A stretch of 35,506 nt of DNA from the IMG/VR virus record IMGVR_UViG_3300047272_000219, positions 1 through 35,506 of that record; one strand, 5' to 3'. Source of the stretch: a virus (lineage: Duplodnaviria > Caudoviricetes). The notes under the pieces are model-generated. The model made no database searches, was not told where the DNA came from, and was given only the letters and a program-made list of their open reading frames with translations. The translations under genes were made by a program, and so were the position numbers. Shown here piece by piece: positions 7,645 to 17,122 of the stretch; position 1 is the stretch's first letter, and the number at the start of each line of letters is the position of its first letter.

Positions 7645-8991
7645 TCATTTCCTTTTTGGTTTTAATGCGTTGAGCAGCGCCGACTGGTTTGTGTCCTTAC
7701 TGGCGAGTACGCTCATCACCCGCTCATCAATGGTATTGCTTACAATCATGTGGACAATCCGCACTGGCTTCTCCTGACCCTGCCTATGCAATCGCGCATT
7801 GAACTGTTGGTATAATTCCAAAGACCAATTCATTGCAAACCAAATTATCATGGAGCCGCCACGCTGGAGATTTAGGCCGTGTCCGGCACTGGCTGGGTGC
7901 GCCAACAGCATTTTAATACGCCCAGCGTTCCAATCGATTACGGTCTGCGGGTCTTTGTCAAGCGTCCTTGCGTGTGGAAACTTCTTCTGGATGCGCTCAA
8001 GATCGGACTTGTAGTTGTAGGCTACAAGCAAATTCTCGTTGCTGTTCTGCTCGACCAGATCGACCAGTGCGTCCAGCTTTGCGCTGTGGACCTCTGACCA
8101 GTTGCCAAGATCGTCAGTATATAGCGCACCGTTGGCGTTCTGGAGCAGCTTGTTGGCAAGCACAGCGGCGTTCATGGCCTCAACCATATCGCCGTCAGGC
8201 AACTGAGCCAGAAGCGTGTCCTCGAACACTTGGTAAGCCTTTAGCGCGGCTGGTGGCAACTGCACGCTCTCGATCAGGTCAATGCGGTCCGGCAGTTCAA
8301 GATAATCCTCTGCCGACATCGATATGGTCATGGGCGCAAGCAGTTCATAAATGCGCTCAGGCGATCCGTTGCGCGGCGTGTGCTTGTAACCCATATAATC
8401 GGTCTCAAAGTACCGCTGCTTGAAAGCCGTCATTGTGCGCCCCAGAGCCTCACCTTGGTCGATCAGATAGGTCTGAGACCACAGGTCGAGCAGACCGTTG
8501 GGGCTGGGTGTGCCTGTCAATAGGACCATGTAGTCGGTCATCGGCACTATCTTTTTGAGCGCCTTGAAGCGTTTGCTGGCTGGGTTCTTGAACGAACTGC
8601 TCTCGTCAATGACCACACAGTCAAAGGGCCACTTCTTTTTATAATGGTTCACCAGCCATTCGACGTTCTCACGATTGATAACGTAAACGTCCGCCTCGCG
8701 CTGTAGGACGCTGATTCGATTGCGCTCACTGCCTGTGCAGATGGCAACGTCGAGATGGCGCAAATGATGCCACTGAGCGGCCTCTTGCTTCCAGACAGTG
8801 TTCGCCACGCGCAGAGGCGCAATTACAAGCACCTTATCGACAGCAAACGAGTCCTTGAGATCGGTTATGGCCGTGAGCGTAGAGGTCGTTTTGCCCAAAC
8901 CCATGTCGAGCCACAGGGCGCAACGCTTGGTGTCAATGATGAATTGGACAACGCGCCTTTGATACTCATGGAGATCATATCGATAGCGCAC
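7645..8991 (-). CDS. SNF2-family (SF2) helicase
   Basis: LHEYQ, DMGLGKT (Walker A), VIDESS, LLTGTP, SAGHGLNLQ, QFNARLHRQGQ. Start probably GTG at 8991. Confidence 0.95.
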   Translation of the reverse strand: MRYRYDLHEYQRRVVQFIIDTKRCALWLDMGLGKTTSTLTAITDLKDSFAVDKVLVIAPLRVANTVWKQEAAQWHHLRHLDVAICTGSERNRISVLQREADVYVINRENVEWLVNHYKKKWPFDCVVIDESSSFKNPASKRFKALKKIVPMTDYMVLLTGTPSPNGLLDLWSQTYLIDQGEALGRTMTAFKQRYFETDYMGYKHTPRNGSPERIYELLAPMTISMSAEDYLELPDRIDLIESVQLPPAALKAYQVFEDTLLAQLPDGDMVEAMNAAVLANKLLQNANGALYTDDLGNWSEVHSAKLDALVDLVEQNSNENLLVAYNYKSDLERIQKKFPHARTLDKDPQTVIDWNAGRIKMLLAHPASAGHGLNLQRGGSMIIWFAMNWSLELYQQFNARLHRQGQEKPVRIVHMIVSNTIDERVMSVLASKDTNQSALLNALKPKRK

Positions 8992-9244
8992 GGCAACCAT
9001 CCTCAATACTGTCGCACACATGGACCTCGCAGCCAGCGTCAACCATCCTGCGCATTATGTAATCTTGAAGTTCAGTCGGCTTCTTGCCCGGTGCTTTGAA
9101 CTCGATAAACACAATGCGACCAGCCTTCATGAATATGCGGTCCGGCACGCCGCGCTGGGCTGGGGACACGAATTTGAAGGATAGCCAGCCGCCCTTCTTG
9201 GCGAGTTCCGAAACACGGCGTTCGATGTCACGTTCCAATGTCAT
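8975..9244 (-). CDS. VRR-NUC domain nuclease
   Basis: ERDIE...KFVSP...GVPDRI...FIEFKAPG...LQ motif. Confidence 0.92.
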   Translation of the reverse strand: MTLERDIERRVSELAKKGGWLSFKFVSPAQRGVPDRIFMKAGRIVFIEFKAPGKKPTELQDYIMRRMVDAGCEVHVCDSIEDGCRALSI

Positions 9245-11010
9245 AGATACCCCACTTCAGAAAGCAGCTTCTCCGCTGCGTCTAAATACACGCTATAATC
9301 CACATCGTTTGGAAATGCGTCAGGCAACTGCATCAGCGGCCTTGTGCCTTCCGACTTGGGAACCTTGTTGCCGTTCTTGACGTAGCGGATCACCTCGTCG
9401 GACGCGACACTGGTTGAGTAATAAGACCGAATCGCCTTGCCGATGTTCTCCCCGCGCCACAGCGCACCGCCTGTGACCCTGCGCACCGTGACAAAACGCC
9501 GAATGTCATCGCACTTACGGATCGTTCTCTCAATTGGTGTCCCGCTGGCTATGCGTGCGGCCACTGCGTCATAGACGATCTGACAGTCAGGGTTCTTGGC
9601 GAGGCTGGGCGATGCAAACACACCCTTGCCCTTGGTCTTACCGTCCAGCATCACTGCGACATAGTTGTTGACATCACGGCTGGCGATGGCGCGATAGTTG
9701 GTCCGCTCCAGTTCGTAACTGGTATCGAGCATCCAGTCCCAAGCGATACACTGCATCTTAACGTCAAGGCTCTTGGGGGCGTGCAAAACAATACCGTCGG
9801 TGTTGGCGCTTATGACCCTAATCCCGGCCATCTCCATGCGCTCAATCAGCATCAGCAGGGCCAGTTGCCCTGAGATTGTGGTCTGGGCCATCAGGTCGGG
9901 GCTGTACAGAAAACTGTACTTACTTCCCAGCTTTCCAAACGTCCCGTTGATGACGATCTTCAGAACGTCCGCTGTCACCTTATCGCCACCGCGCTTGGCA
10001 TCTAGGCGGCGCGTCACAATGCTCTGGAACACGGTCAGGAAGTCCGTGCCAAGGTGCTTGGGTGATAGCCGCTGACCAAGGATGATGTTCGGATAGTAGC
10101 TGGCAACATCCCAGTCAGCCAGCACTTCGTCAGATGAGGCTTCGATGAACTGGCGCTTTTCGCAACTGTGCAGTCCGCCGATCCCCATCTGATACTGGGC
10201 CTTGCCAATCGTAATGCGCTCTTTTTTGAGCCACTCAGGCATTTCGACAGAGCCATTGGCCGACAGCGTGAAGTCCGTTTCGAGGACGCGCTCGAACATG
10301 GCTCTGAGTTCTGGGCTGTCGAAGCGAATAAAGCCGGGGTCTTTGTAGCGGAAGGTGTAACCCTTCTTGATTACGGGCTTCTCAGCGCACCCACCAAGGC
10401 GCTCAATCTCGTTGGCGATAACGACCTCCGCGATCTGCGCATCGCTCTTGGAGCGTAGGTCAGCGCCATATTGCTCGCCCATTGTCACGCGCAGAGCGAT
10501 TTGCGGCTGGAGATGCCGATATAGGATCGATGTCATCTCAAGGTCGTTGCGGCAATATTCGCGCAGCAAGGCGCGTTGCTCTGCATCGATGCTGGCCTCA
10601 GGATCAATCGGCAAGTCCTGCATCTTGGGGGCGTGCAGCCGACCACCGTAAATCTTCAGCGATGCTTGACCAATAGCCAGTTCGATCAGGTCGATGTGGT
10701 CCCAGTTGCGTGGTACTTTTACGCCAAGCTGCCAGTGGCGTTTACCTTCGACAATGATTTTGTCGGAAATGTCCTTGATTTCTTGGTTCGATTTACCGCT
10801 AAGAGCAGCGGCGATGATCGGGAGGTCGTAGCCAATCGAATTGAACCCGACAGTTGTGTCGCGGGTCATCATTGTGCGGATACCGTCAATGTCGATGTGG
10901 CCCGGATATATCTCGAATGTCTCGATAAGCGACCTGTCTGGTGAAGCGCCAAGGTGCATTCCCATCAGCAGGAAATAGTCTTTATAAACTTCAGTATCTA
11001 TAATTATCAT
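9241..11010 (-). CDS. DNA polymerase family B with 3'-5' exonuclease
   Basis: ExoI DTE, ExoII FNSIGYD, ExoIII YCRND; PolB motifs DVASYYP, KIVINGTFGK and ANTDG. Confidence 0.92.
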   Translation of the reverse strand: MIIIDTEVYKDYFLLMGMHLGASPDRSLIETFEIYPGHIDIDGIRTMMTRDTTVGFNSIGYDLPIIAAALSGKSNQEIKDISDKIIVEGKRHWQLGVKVPRNWDHIDLIELAIGQASLKIYGGRLHAPKMQDLPIDPEASIDAEQRALLREYCRNDLEMTSILYRHLQPQIALRVTMGEQYGADLRSKSDAQIAEVVIANEIERLGGCAEKPVIKKGYTFRYKDPGFIRFDSPELRAMFERVLETDFTLSANGSVEMPEWLKKERITIGKAQYQMGIGGLHSCEKRQFIEASSDEVLADWDVASYYPNIILGQRLSPKHLGTDFLTVFQSIVTRRLDAKRGGDKVTADVLKIVINGTFGKLGSKYSFLYSPDLMAQTTISGQLALLMLIERMEMAGIRVISANTDGIVLHAPKSLDVKMQCIAWDWMLDTSYELERTNYRAIASRDVNNYVAVMLDGKTKGKGVFASPSLAKNPDCQIVYDAVAARIASGTPIERTIRKCDDIRRFVTVRRVTGGALWRGENIGKAIRSYYSTSVASDEVIRYVKNGNKVPKSEGTRPLMQLPDAFPNDVDYSVYLDAAEKLLSEVGYL

Positions 11011-11025
11011 GGAGGGGTGGCCTCT

Positions 11026-11066
11026 CAAAAAGTTACCCCTGCGACCATGAGCCGCAGGGGTTTTTT
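11026..11066. terminator. Intrinsic terminator, likely bidirectional, between the ssDNA-binding and polymerase genes
   Basis: ACCCCTGCG-N9-CGCAGGGGT hairpin with T-tracts on both strands. Confidence 0.75.
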
Positions 11067-11068
11067 AC

Positions 11069-11584
11069 TTAGAATGTTTCGTCATCTATATCGTCGAAAT
11101 CATCAGCGCTTGCTGACGAGCCGCCGGAGGAGAACGCCTCGCCATCTGCGGCAAACTGGACGCCAAGGAGGGTGGCGTTGATGCGCTTGCCGTAGTTGTT
11201 GTTCTGCGTCCACAGGTCAATGATCGCATTGACATAGCAGCCGCTGTACACCACGCCGTCTTCCTCAGTCAGAGGCGACTTGTCCTTGTTCAGAACAAGT
11301 GGGCGCTTCTTCGTGCTGGCCTTCAGCGTCATGTGACCCGCATAACCTTCATATTCGGTCTCATCGCCATCGCGCAAGCACAGCTTTTCGGCTGGAACCC
11401 GTGCACCCTTTAGGTCGGCAATGATCTTGGATTTGATGGCAGCATCGATCTCTTTAATGAGCGATGCGTGCTTGACCTTATCGAGAAGGAAGGTGGCCTC
11501 ATATTTTGTGTCCACACCATCGAACTGGGCCTTTTGGAACAGCGATGGGAAAGACAGGCGTACATTATTCAACTTGATAGACAT
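11069..11584 (-). CDS. DUF2815-like ssDNA-binding protein (T7 gp2.5-like OB fold)
   Basis: VRLSFPSLF...KY...LRDGD...YSGCYVNA...LLGVQF..DGEAF with acidic tail ending in F. Confidence 0.9.
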   Translation of the reverse strand: MSIKLNNVRLSFPSLFQKAQFDGVDTKYEATFLLDKVKHASLIKEIDAAIKSKIIADLKGARVPAEKLCLRDGDETEYEGYAGHMTLKASTKKRPLVLNKDKSPLTEEDGVVYSGCYVNAIIDLWTQNNNYGKRINATLLGVQFAADGEAFSSGGSSASADDFDDIDDETF

Positions 11585-11666
11585 ATAGATTTCCTTTTAG
11601 GTTTTGGTTTTACGTTTTAAGCCATTTGGCCGATTGAGGTTATACTAAGTCTCACGGGATGCAACC

Positions 11667-12794
11667 TCAAAAATCATCAGCCGTGATATTGACGGCAGGG
11701 CGCGGGTCATCTGACTTCGCCAGTGTGGGTCGGCCTTGAGGCTTTACCACAAATTTAGCGATCTCGGCGGCACGCTTCTTGCCAACAATCTTCTCCGCTT
11801 GGGCAGGGCTTACCAGCTTTTTGGTGTAGGCCTCTTCTCCAAGCAATTCAAAAATATCCTGCTCTACGGTGGCCTCGTCGGACCATTGGCGGTTGGACTT
11901 ACCAGCCACCAGTTTGTAGCCTTCAAACGGAATCCCCTCATTCAAACGATCCACGACAACATCTTCGACAGCATCCAGCCAAGACACAATCAGCTTCTTT
12001 GCCGACAGCGCCTTGCCCAGTTGCTCGTCAGTCAGGCGGTTGACTGGGGTGAGTTCCTCAACTGCATCAAATTGGTTCATAATTACATCACTTGTAAAAG
12101 CGGCAAGGGCTGTACAAGTGGCCTTGGCTTTGCACCACTGGCACTGCTTCTCACCGGGATTAAACTCTGCGTTAGGCAGACCGCACATCAACGCCCTTGA
12201 CTTTGCGTATTCGCCCCATTCGAGCAACTGGTCGATGCTTATGACCCAGTCCTCGAAAATGTCAGGGTTGCATCGCGGCTGGACGATGCTGATGACAATC
12301 TCTTCTATATCGACAATGCCAGCACACTGCGTGTAAGCCCCAAGAGCGTAAAGCATCCCTTGGCTGTTATCGACAGGCGACACTTGCACGCCCTGACCAT
12401 ATTTCAGATCGATAACGTGCATGGTGTTGCCGCTGATAATCAGAGCATCACAAGTGCCGAAGCCCTCTGGAACCCAGTCGCTGAAATCAACGCGCACCTC
12501 ATAGGCAACATAAGCCTTTGGCGGTGTGTGATAGCGCACATAGTTAATGTACTCCTGCACATGGTCCGCCATCTCCTGCGTGATTTCAGCGTTGGTCTCA
12601 GGCATAACCTTGCCGACCCATTCGTCAGCGTCGGTGTTGCTCTTTAAGGCAACTTCTGCCAACTCATGCGCCACCGTGCCTTCAAAGGCGTGCGGCGATG
12701 ACTTGTCTGCTATACCACGCTCGGCCTCAACCGACGCAGGGCAAGCAAGCCAACGGTGTGAGCCACTGGCGCTGAGTTTGGCATGTGCTGTCAT
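11667..12794 (-). CDS. DUF2800-like Cas4/PD-(D/E)XK exonuclease
   Basis: HAKLSASGSHRWLACPAS, GTVAH, GTCD, IDLKYG, QGMLYALG, CQWCKAKATC. Confidence 0.92.
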   Translation of the reverse strand: MTAHAKLSASGSHRWLACPASVEAERGIADKSSPHAFEGTVAHELAEVALKSNTDADEWVGKVMPETNAEITQEMADHVQEYINYVRYHTPPKAYVAYEVRVDFSDWVPEGFGTCDALIISGNTMHVIDLKYGQGVQVSPVDNSQGMLYALGAYTQCAGIVDIEEIVISIVQPRCNPDIFEDWVISIDQLLEWGEYAKSRALMCGLPNAEFNPGEKQCQWCKAKATCTALAAFTSDVIMNQFDAVEELTPVNRLTDEQLGKALSAKKLIVSWLDAVEDVVVDRLNEGIPFEGYKLVAGKSNRQWSDEATVEQDIFELLGEEAYTKKLVSPAQAEKIVGKKRAAEIAKFVVKPQGRPTLAKSDDPRPAVNITADDF

Positions 12795-13033
12795 AATTTG
12801 ACTTTCTTCAGCGAGTGAACAACAGTTGTGTGGTCTCTGTTCATTATGCGACCAATCTCAGTGGTTGAGTAACCCTTCTCACGAAGCATCACCATGCATT
12901 TGCGACGAACATTGACCAAAGCCATTACACGAGATGGCCCAAGTATGTCGTAAATTGTATAGCCATGATCTTCAGCAATCTCGGCAACATCATTAAGGTT
13001 CTTCTGACGCGGTGTTAGCACAGCGCACCCCAC
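12791..13033 (-). CDS. Stand-alone DnaA domain-IV-like HTH protein
   Basis: DILGPSR...VRR...STTEIGRIMNRDHTTVVHSLKK resembles the DnaA C-terminal signature. Exact start uncertain. Confidence 0.8.
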   Translation of the reverse strand: MGCAVLTPRQKNLNDVAEIAEDHGYTIYDILGPSRVMALVNVRRKCMVMLREKGYSTTEIGRIMNRDHTTVVHSLKKVKL

Positions 13034-13620
13034 TGATCCGCCATCGCAGCGGCGATACCCTTAAACGTAGTGCTGCGCAGTTTCCACCTATCGGCAGATG
13101 GTGGTAGATAATGAAGACGCTGGCGCTGATTATCTGGCAGTGCCATCATTGCTTCTTTGACGTTATCCGTCGGCACTAGAGGCGGAAGGTTCTTCAGCCA
13201 TAGGCATGTAGCTTTTTGTTCCATGTGGCCAAACATCCACGGCTGGATAGTCTGGGTCTGTTGCATACCGCCGATCCGCTCTTTGGCATATTTGTGCATC
13301 ACAGGGTTCTCAATGGCGATACGCTTAATAGGTGTGTCCCAAAGAGCCTTAAAGAAAGCAGCGCCTTCATCTAGTTTGGCCCAGCGTGTTGGGTCTTTGT
13401 GCAGCCAAGTAACCCCGGCGTTGGTTAAGTAAGTGCAGGGTGGGTGGGCTATCATCAAATCCCAATCATGCCCATGTGCAAGAACAAGAGCGTCACCTTG
13501 GATGTGCCAATGCGGGTCGCCATCAGTCGGTAGCAAATCGCAAGACCAAGCATCATGGCCTTTGGCTCGGAAAGCATCTCTTACGGTGGCGCTGTATTCA
13601 CAAGCGACCAATACCTTCAC
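13015..13620 (-). CDS. Compact DNA cytosine-C5 methyltransferase-like protein
   Basis: MKVLVACEYS, WSCDL, IAHPPC (motif IV), IENP (motif VI), QPWMFG...KATCLWL. Confidence 0.8.
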   Translation of the reverse strand: MKVLVACEYSATVRDAFRAKGHDAWSCDLLPTDGDPHWHIQGDALVLAHGHDWDLMIAHPPCTYLTNAGVTWLHKDPTRWAKLDEGAAFFKALWDTPIKRIAIENPVMHKYAKERIGGMQQTQTIQPWMFGHMEQKATCLWLKNLPPLVPTDNVKEAMMALPDNQRQRLHYLPPSADRWKLRSTTFKGIAAAMADQWGALC

Positions 13621-13946
13621 GCGAGTTCCTCCAGCTTGGAGGCAAACTCCTCTAGGCTCTCGGCTGGGATGTCCTTGACCAGTTTGCCGCCGTAGCTGGC
13701 AATGATGGTCTTGATCTTGGGGCTGTTACCTTTATCAGCACGCGTCAGTTCAAGGCAGCGGGTCTGAAGCGAGTCAACCGTAACCGTGGGTGTGGTTGGC
13801 TTTGGTTCCGATTTAACTGTTTCCGTTTTGGAAACAGTTGCCACTGAGGCCGTCTTGTCAAAGTCGAACGTCAGTTGCGCTGTGTCCAGTGTTTTGATCA
13901 AACGCTCGATGGCGGAAGTCAGTTTATCAATCTTAGTTTCTAACAT
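13617..13946 (-). CDS. Conserved phage protein usually upstream of DUF2800
   Basis: N-terminal helix, Thr/Pro linker, C-terminal IIASYGGKLVKDIP domain; first gene of the leftward operon. Confidence 0.7.
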   Translation of the reverse strand: MLETKIDKLTSAIERLIKTLDTAQLTFDFDKTASVATVSKTETVKSEPKPTTPTVTVDSLQTRCLELTRADKGNSPKIKTIIASYGGKLVKDIPAESLEEFASKLEELA

Positions 13947-14022
13947 TTTTATTTTCCCTTTTGCTTATTTGGTTTGTACGCTATATGACGATGTGCAACG
14001 ATACGCAACAGGAAAATTGCAA
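13947..14022. promoter_or_regulatory. Divergent control region
   Basis: Intergenic between divergent operons; minus-strand TTGCGT-N17-TATAGC; GCAAC direct repeat. Confidence 0.5.
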
Positions 14023-14199
14023 ATGAAGAAAATGCTCACCTCATCACAGATTGCCTTGCAGATCGGTGTGACAAAGAATACCGTCATCAAGATGGCTAAG
14101 GCCGGACAGATACCTTCGATCCGAATCGGCTCAGGCCATTATCGCTTCGACATTGACGATGTGAAACTAGCATTAAATACAGGAGGCGTTGACAAGTGA
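14023..14199 (+). CDS. HTH_17 / excisionase-like DNA-binding protein
   Basis: MLTSSQIALQIGVTKNTVIKMAKAGQIPSIRIGSGHYRF; AGGAAA RBS. Confidence 0.85.
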   Translation: MKKMLTSSQIALQIGVTKNTVIKMAKAGQIPSIRIGSGHYRFDIDDVKLALNTGGVDK

Positions 14200-16592
14200 A
14201 ATACACCATAGCCGTCGGGACTGAACTCGGCACAGTGCAAAATAAGTCGTTTGAGTGGTATAAGATCGTAGAGCGCCTGAGCCACCATGAGGTCGCCATG
14301 ACCAAGGGGGGACGTTATTTCGTCGGGGGCGAGTACAGCAGCAGCGAACGCAAAGAGGCTAACCTCCTCAACCGTTCGCTCCTGACCTTGGACATTGACA
14401 ATGTGGTCGGCATGACCGTCGCTGAACTGGAACTGATGCTTGTGATGAGCATCGACTGCGCCTTCGTCGCCTACTCGACCTTCAGCCACACGCCTGAGCA
14501 TCCTAAGATTAGGGTTGTTGTGCCACTGTCACGGCCAGTCAGCCCTGACGAGTATCGTGAGGTGTCCCGCGACTTCACGACCCTGCTGCCGGAGTTGACG
14601 TTCGATCCATGCTCGTTCGTGCCGAACCAGTTGATGTACCTCCCAGCGTGTCCAGACCTGTCTACCGCATGGACCGTTGCGATGGGTCTTGAGCCGCATG
14701 AAGTGCCAGATGTCATCACCGTGCCAGTGCGTGACGATAGCGATGACTTTGAACGCGCTGTCCTCGCCCAGCCGCTTGACATCAGCGATGATGAGGTGGA
14801 CGCTTACCTCGACGCTTATCCGGCGCAGTCCCTCGAATATGACGAATGGATCAAGGTCGGTGCTGCGCTGCATCATCAGTTCCAAGGTGATTCAGTCACA
14901 GGCTTCAAGCGTTGGCTCGACTGGTCCGCCAAGTCCGACAAGCACGATCCCGCTCAGATGCAAGTCAAGTGGCGCTCGTTCGGCAACTCGACCCGCGTTG
15001 TGACCTTCGCCTCCGTCATCCATCTGGCCCGTGCCAGTGGCGCAGAGATCGAGCGGCCTTCGTCTGTGGCTGTCGCTGTTGAGCAATCTGCCTTTGAGCG
15101 TCTGCTTGAGGTGGCCTCGAACGTCGAGAGCATGGCTGAGTATGATGACTTTAAGTCGCGCATCCAGAACATCTCCCTCGCCGTTCTGCCCTTGGACAAA
15201 CGCTCCTTGCTGGCCCAAGAGGTCTATGATGCATGGGGTAAAGAGCGTGGGCTGACGAAAACGGACATCAAGTCACAACTGAAGCCATCCTCAAAGGTTA
15301 AAGTTGACAAGGTTGAGAAACCAGATTGGTTAGAACCGTGGGTCTATATCGAGTCCACGGGCGAATATTATAACTGCGATCTGCACTACGGCATCAAGCG
15401 TGAGGCGTTCAACACCAAGTTCGGTCACTCTATGGCGCTGGCCTTCGGTGATGACGCCGTGCTGCCGTCTGTGTTCGCCGCCAACCACTGCGACATCGAG
15501 ACAGTGGTTGACACGATGTTCTGGCCGGGTGCGGGTCGCTTCTTCGAGCATGAGGGCAAGCGGTTCATCAACACTTACCGCGAGACAGGTATCGCGCCCT
15601 GCGAAACATTGGATGAGGACGGTCAATCGGTCATCGACCTTTTCATGGGGCATGTGCGCTTCATGGTTGAGAATGAGGACGAACAGCGGTTGCTGGTGGA
15701 CTATCTGGCATGGATCATTCAGCATCCCGGCCAAAAGATTAACTGGGCGCTGCTCATTCAAGGGGCGCAGGGCGTTGGTAAATCCTACTTTGCCGTTGTG
15801 ATGCAGAACCTGTTGGGGCTGATGACCCGCAACGTAGAACCGATGGCGTTGAGCGGACGGTTCACAGCATGGGCGCATGGGGCGTTGTTGGCGGTCATCG
15901 AAGAAATCCGCATCTCAGGCGAGAACCGTTTTGAACTTATCGACAGGCTGAAGCCCTTTGTGTCGAACAATGTGGTCCAGATTGAGGAGAAGGGCCGCGA
16001 TCAGCGCACCGTGCCAAACTTCCAGACGTATCTGCTCTTGACCAACCATAAGGACGCGCTGCCCGTAAACGAGAACGACAGGCGCTATGCCCCAATCTTC
16101 TCACGGGTGCAGTCCGAAGAGCAGTTGTTTGAGGAGTTGGGTGGTCGGCTGGGCGCTGATGCCTATTTCACCAAGCTGTTCGACGAAAGCGAACGCCGTG
16201 CAGACGCCCTGTCATTCTTCCTACGCAATTGGAAAATCAGCGCAGGGTTCTCAGCCAAGGGGCGTGCGCCGCACACCTCAGCGCGTGAGGAAATGATTGC
16301 CCTTGGCGTTTCGCCCGACAGGTCGCTTATCGAGGACGCCATCGACCTGATGCGGTGCGATGTGATCAATGACAAGGTGCTGGATGTCACATGGCTCAAT
16401 AAATTGTGTGAGGCCGAAGGGACTATGCTGCCGAAGACGAGGGCTATAAGCGCGATACTTTTGGAAATGGGCTATAAGCAGATAGAGGGGCGGCGGATGA
16501 AAATCAGCAAGACAAATGGCCTTCATTATGTCTGGTTTAAGGGTGATGAGAAGGGCGTCAAAAACATCGTTCGTGAGTTCCACGGAGGGTGA
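14196..16592 (+). CDS. Primase-helicase (AEP prim-pol + PriCT-2 + SF3-like helicase)
   Basis: LTLDID and YSTFSH...KIRVVVPL; YDEWIKVGAALH...WS...KWRSF; GAQGVGKS, IEEI, LTNH. Confidence 0.92.
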   Translation: MKYTIAVGTELGTVQNKSFEWYKIVERLSHHEVAMTKGGRYFVGGEYSSSERKEANLLNRSLLTLDIDNVVGMTVAELELMLVMSIDCAFVAYSTFSHTPEHPKIRVVVPLSRPVSPDEYREVSRDFTTLLPELTFDPCSFVPNQLMYLPACPDLSTAWTVAMGLEPHEVPDVITVPVRDDSDDFERAVLAQPLDISDDEVDAYLDAYPAQSLEYDEWIKVGAALHHQFQGDSVTGFKRWLDWSAKSDKHDPAQMQVKWRSFGNSTRVVTFASVIHLARASGAEIERPSSVAVAVEQSAFERLLEVASNVESMAEYDDFKSRIQNISLAVLPLDKRSLLAQEVYDAWGKERGLTKTDIKSQLKPSSKVKVDKVEKPDWLEPWVYIESTGEYYNCDLHYGIKREAFNTKFGHSMALAFGDDAVLPSVFAANHCDIETVVDTMFWPGAGRFFEHEGKRFINTYRETGIAPCETLDEDGQSVIDLFMGHVRFMVENEDEQRLLVDYLAWIIQHPGQKINWALLIQGAQGVGKSYFAVVMQNLLGLMTRNVEPMALSGRFTAWAHGALLAVIEEIRISGENRFELIDRLKPFVSNNVVQIEEKGRDQRTVPNFQTYLLLTNHKDALPVNENDRRYAPIFSRVQSEEQLFEELGGRLGADAYFTKLFDESERRADALSFFLRNWKISAGFSAKGRAPHTSAREEMIALGVSPDRSLIEDAIDLMRCDVINDKVLDVTWLNKLCEAEGTMLPKTRAISAILLEMGYKQIEGRRMKISKTNGLHYVWFKGDEKGVKNIVREFHGG

Positions 16593-16880
16593 TTTTCGAG
16601 GTGCGCAATGGGTTTTTGTATTGCGCACCTTTTGATTTTGGAGGTGCGCAATAAGGCATTTTAAAAACATTGCGCACCTTTATTGCGCACCTGTCTTAAA
16701 CCCTTGTTTTTACTACTATATATCTATATATTATATAAAAAGTGTGCAATATATAGATATATAAGTCGTATAGAGATACATATATATTTTAACGTAAAAG
16801 GTAGGGTTACAGGGGTATACATATTTTTTTTTTATTATATAGGGGTGATACAAGAGAATTTGCGCACTTCGCGCACTGAC
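16591..16880. repeat. Probable replication origin: AGGTGCGCAAT iterons flanking an AT-rich tract
   Basis: Five perfect 11-mers in both orientations (16599, 16620, 16642, 16669, 16682), degenerate copies near 16740, 16859 and 16868, and a very AT-rich 16705-16840 segment directly after the primase. Confidence 0.75.
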
Positions 16881-16901
16881 TGAAAATGACTGGAGATAAA
16901 T

Positions 16902-17111
16902 ATGACTGACAATGTGAATGCACCAAGCCACTATCGGCAGGGTGAGATCGAGTGCATCGATGCTATTCAATCGGCGTTGACACCGGAGGAGTTTAGAGGA
17001 TACTGCAAAGGCAATTCGCTGAAGTATATTTGGCGTGAGCAATATAAGGGTGGCGATGAGTCGCTGCGTAAAGCGCAATGGTATCTGGACCGCATCGTCA
17101 ATTTAATATAA
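16902..17111 (+). CDS. DUF3310 / SaV-like protein
   Basis: DNVNAPSHY...IECID...GN.LKYIWR...KG...LRKAQWYL. Confidence 0.9.
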   Translation: MTDNVNAPSHYRQGEIECIDAIQSALTPEEFRGYCKGNSLKYIWREQYKGGDESLRKAQWYLDRIVNLI

Positions 17112-17122
17112 GGAGTGAAAAT

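Noticed and set aside
11667-12794. CRISPR-Cas system suggested by the Cas4-like nuclease
   Set aside because: This is the ordinary phage DUF2800 nuclease; no other cas genes and no repeat-spacer array.
14023-14199. Excisionase implying a temperate lifestyle
   Set aside because: No integrase, ParA or cI-like repressor recognised; HTH_17 genes commonly precede primases.
16683-17078. ORFs 16683..16883 (+) and 16731..17078 (-)
   Set aside because: Low-complexity Ile/Tyr translations of the AT-rich origin tract; the minus ORF is antisense to DUF3310.
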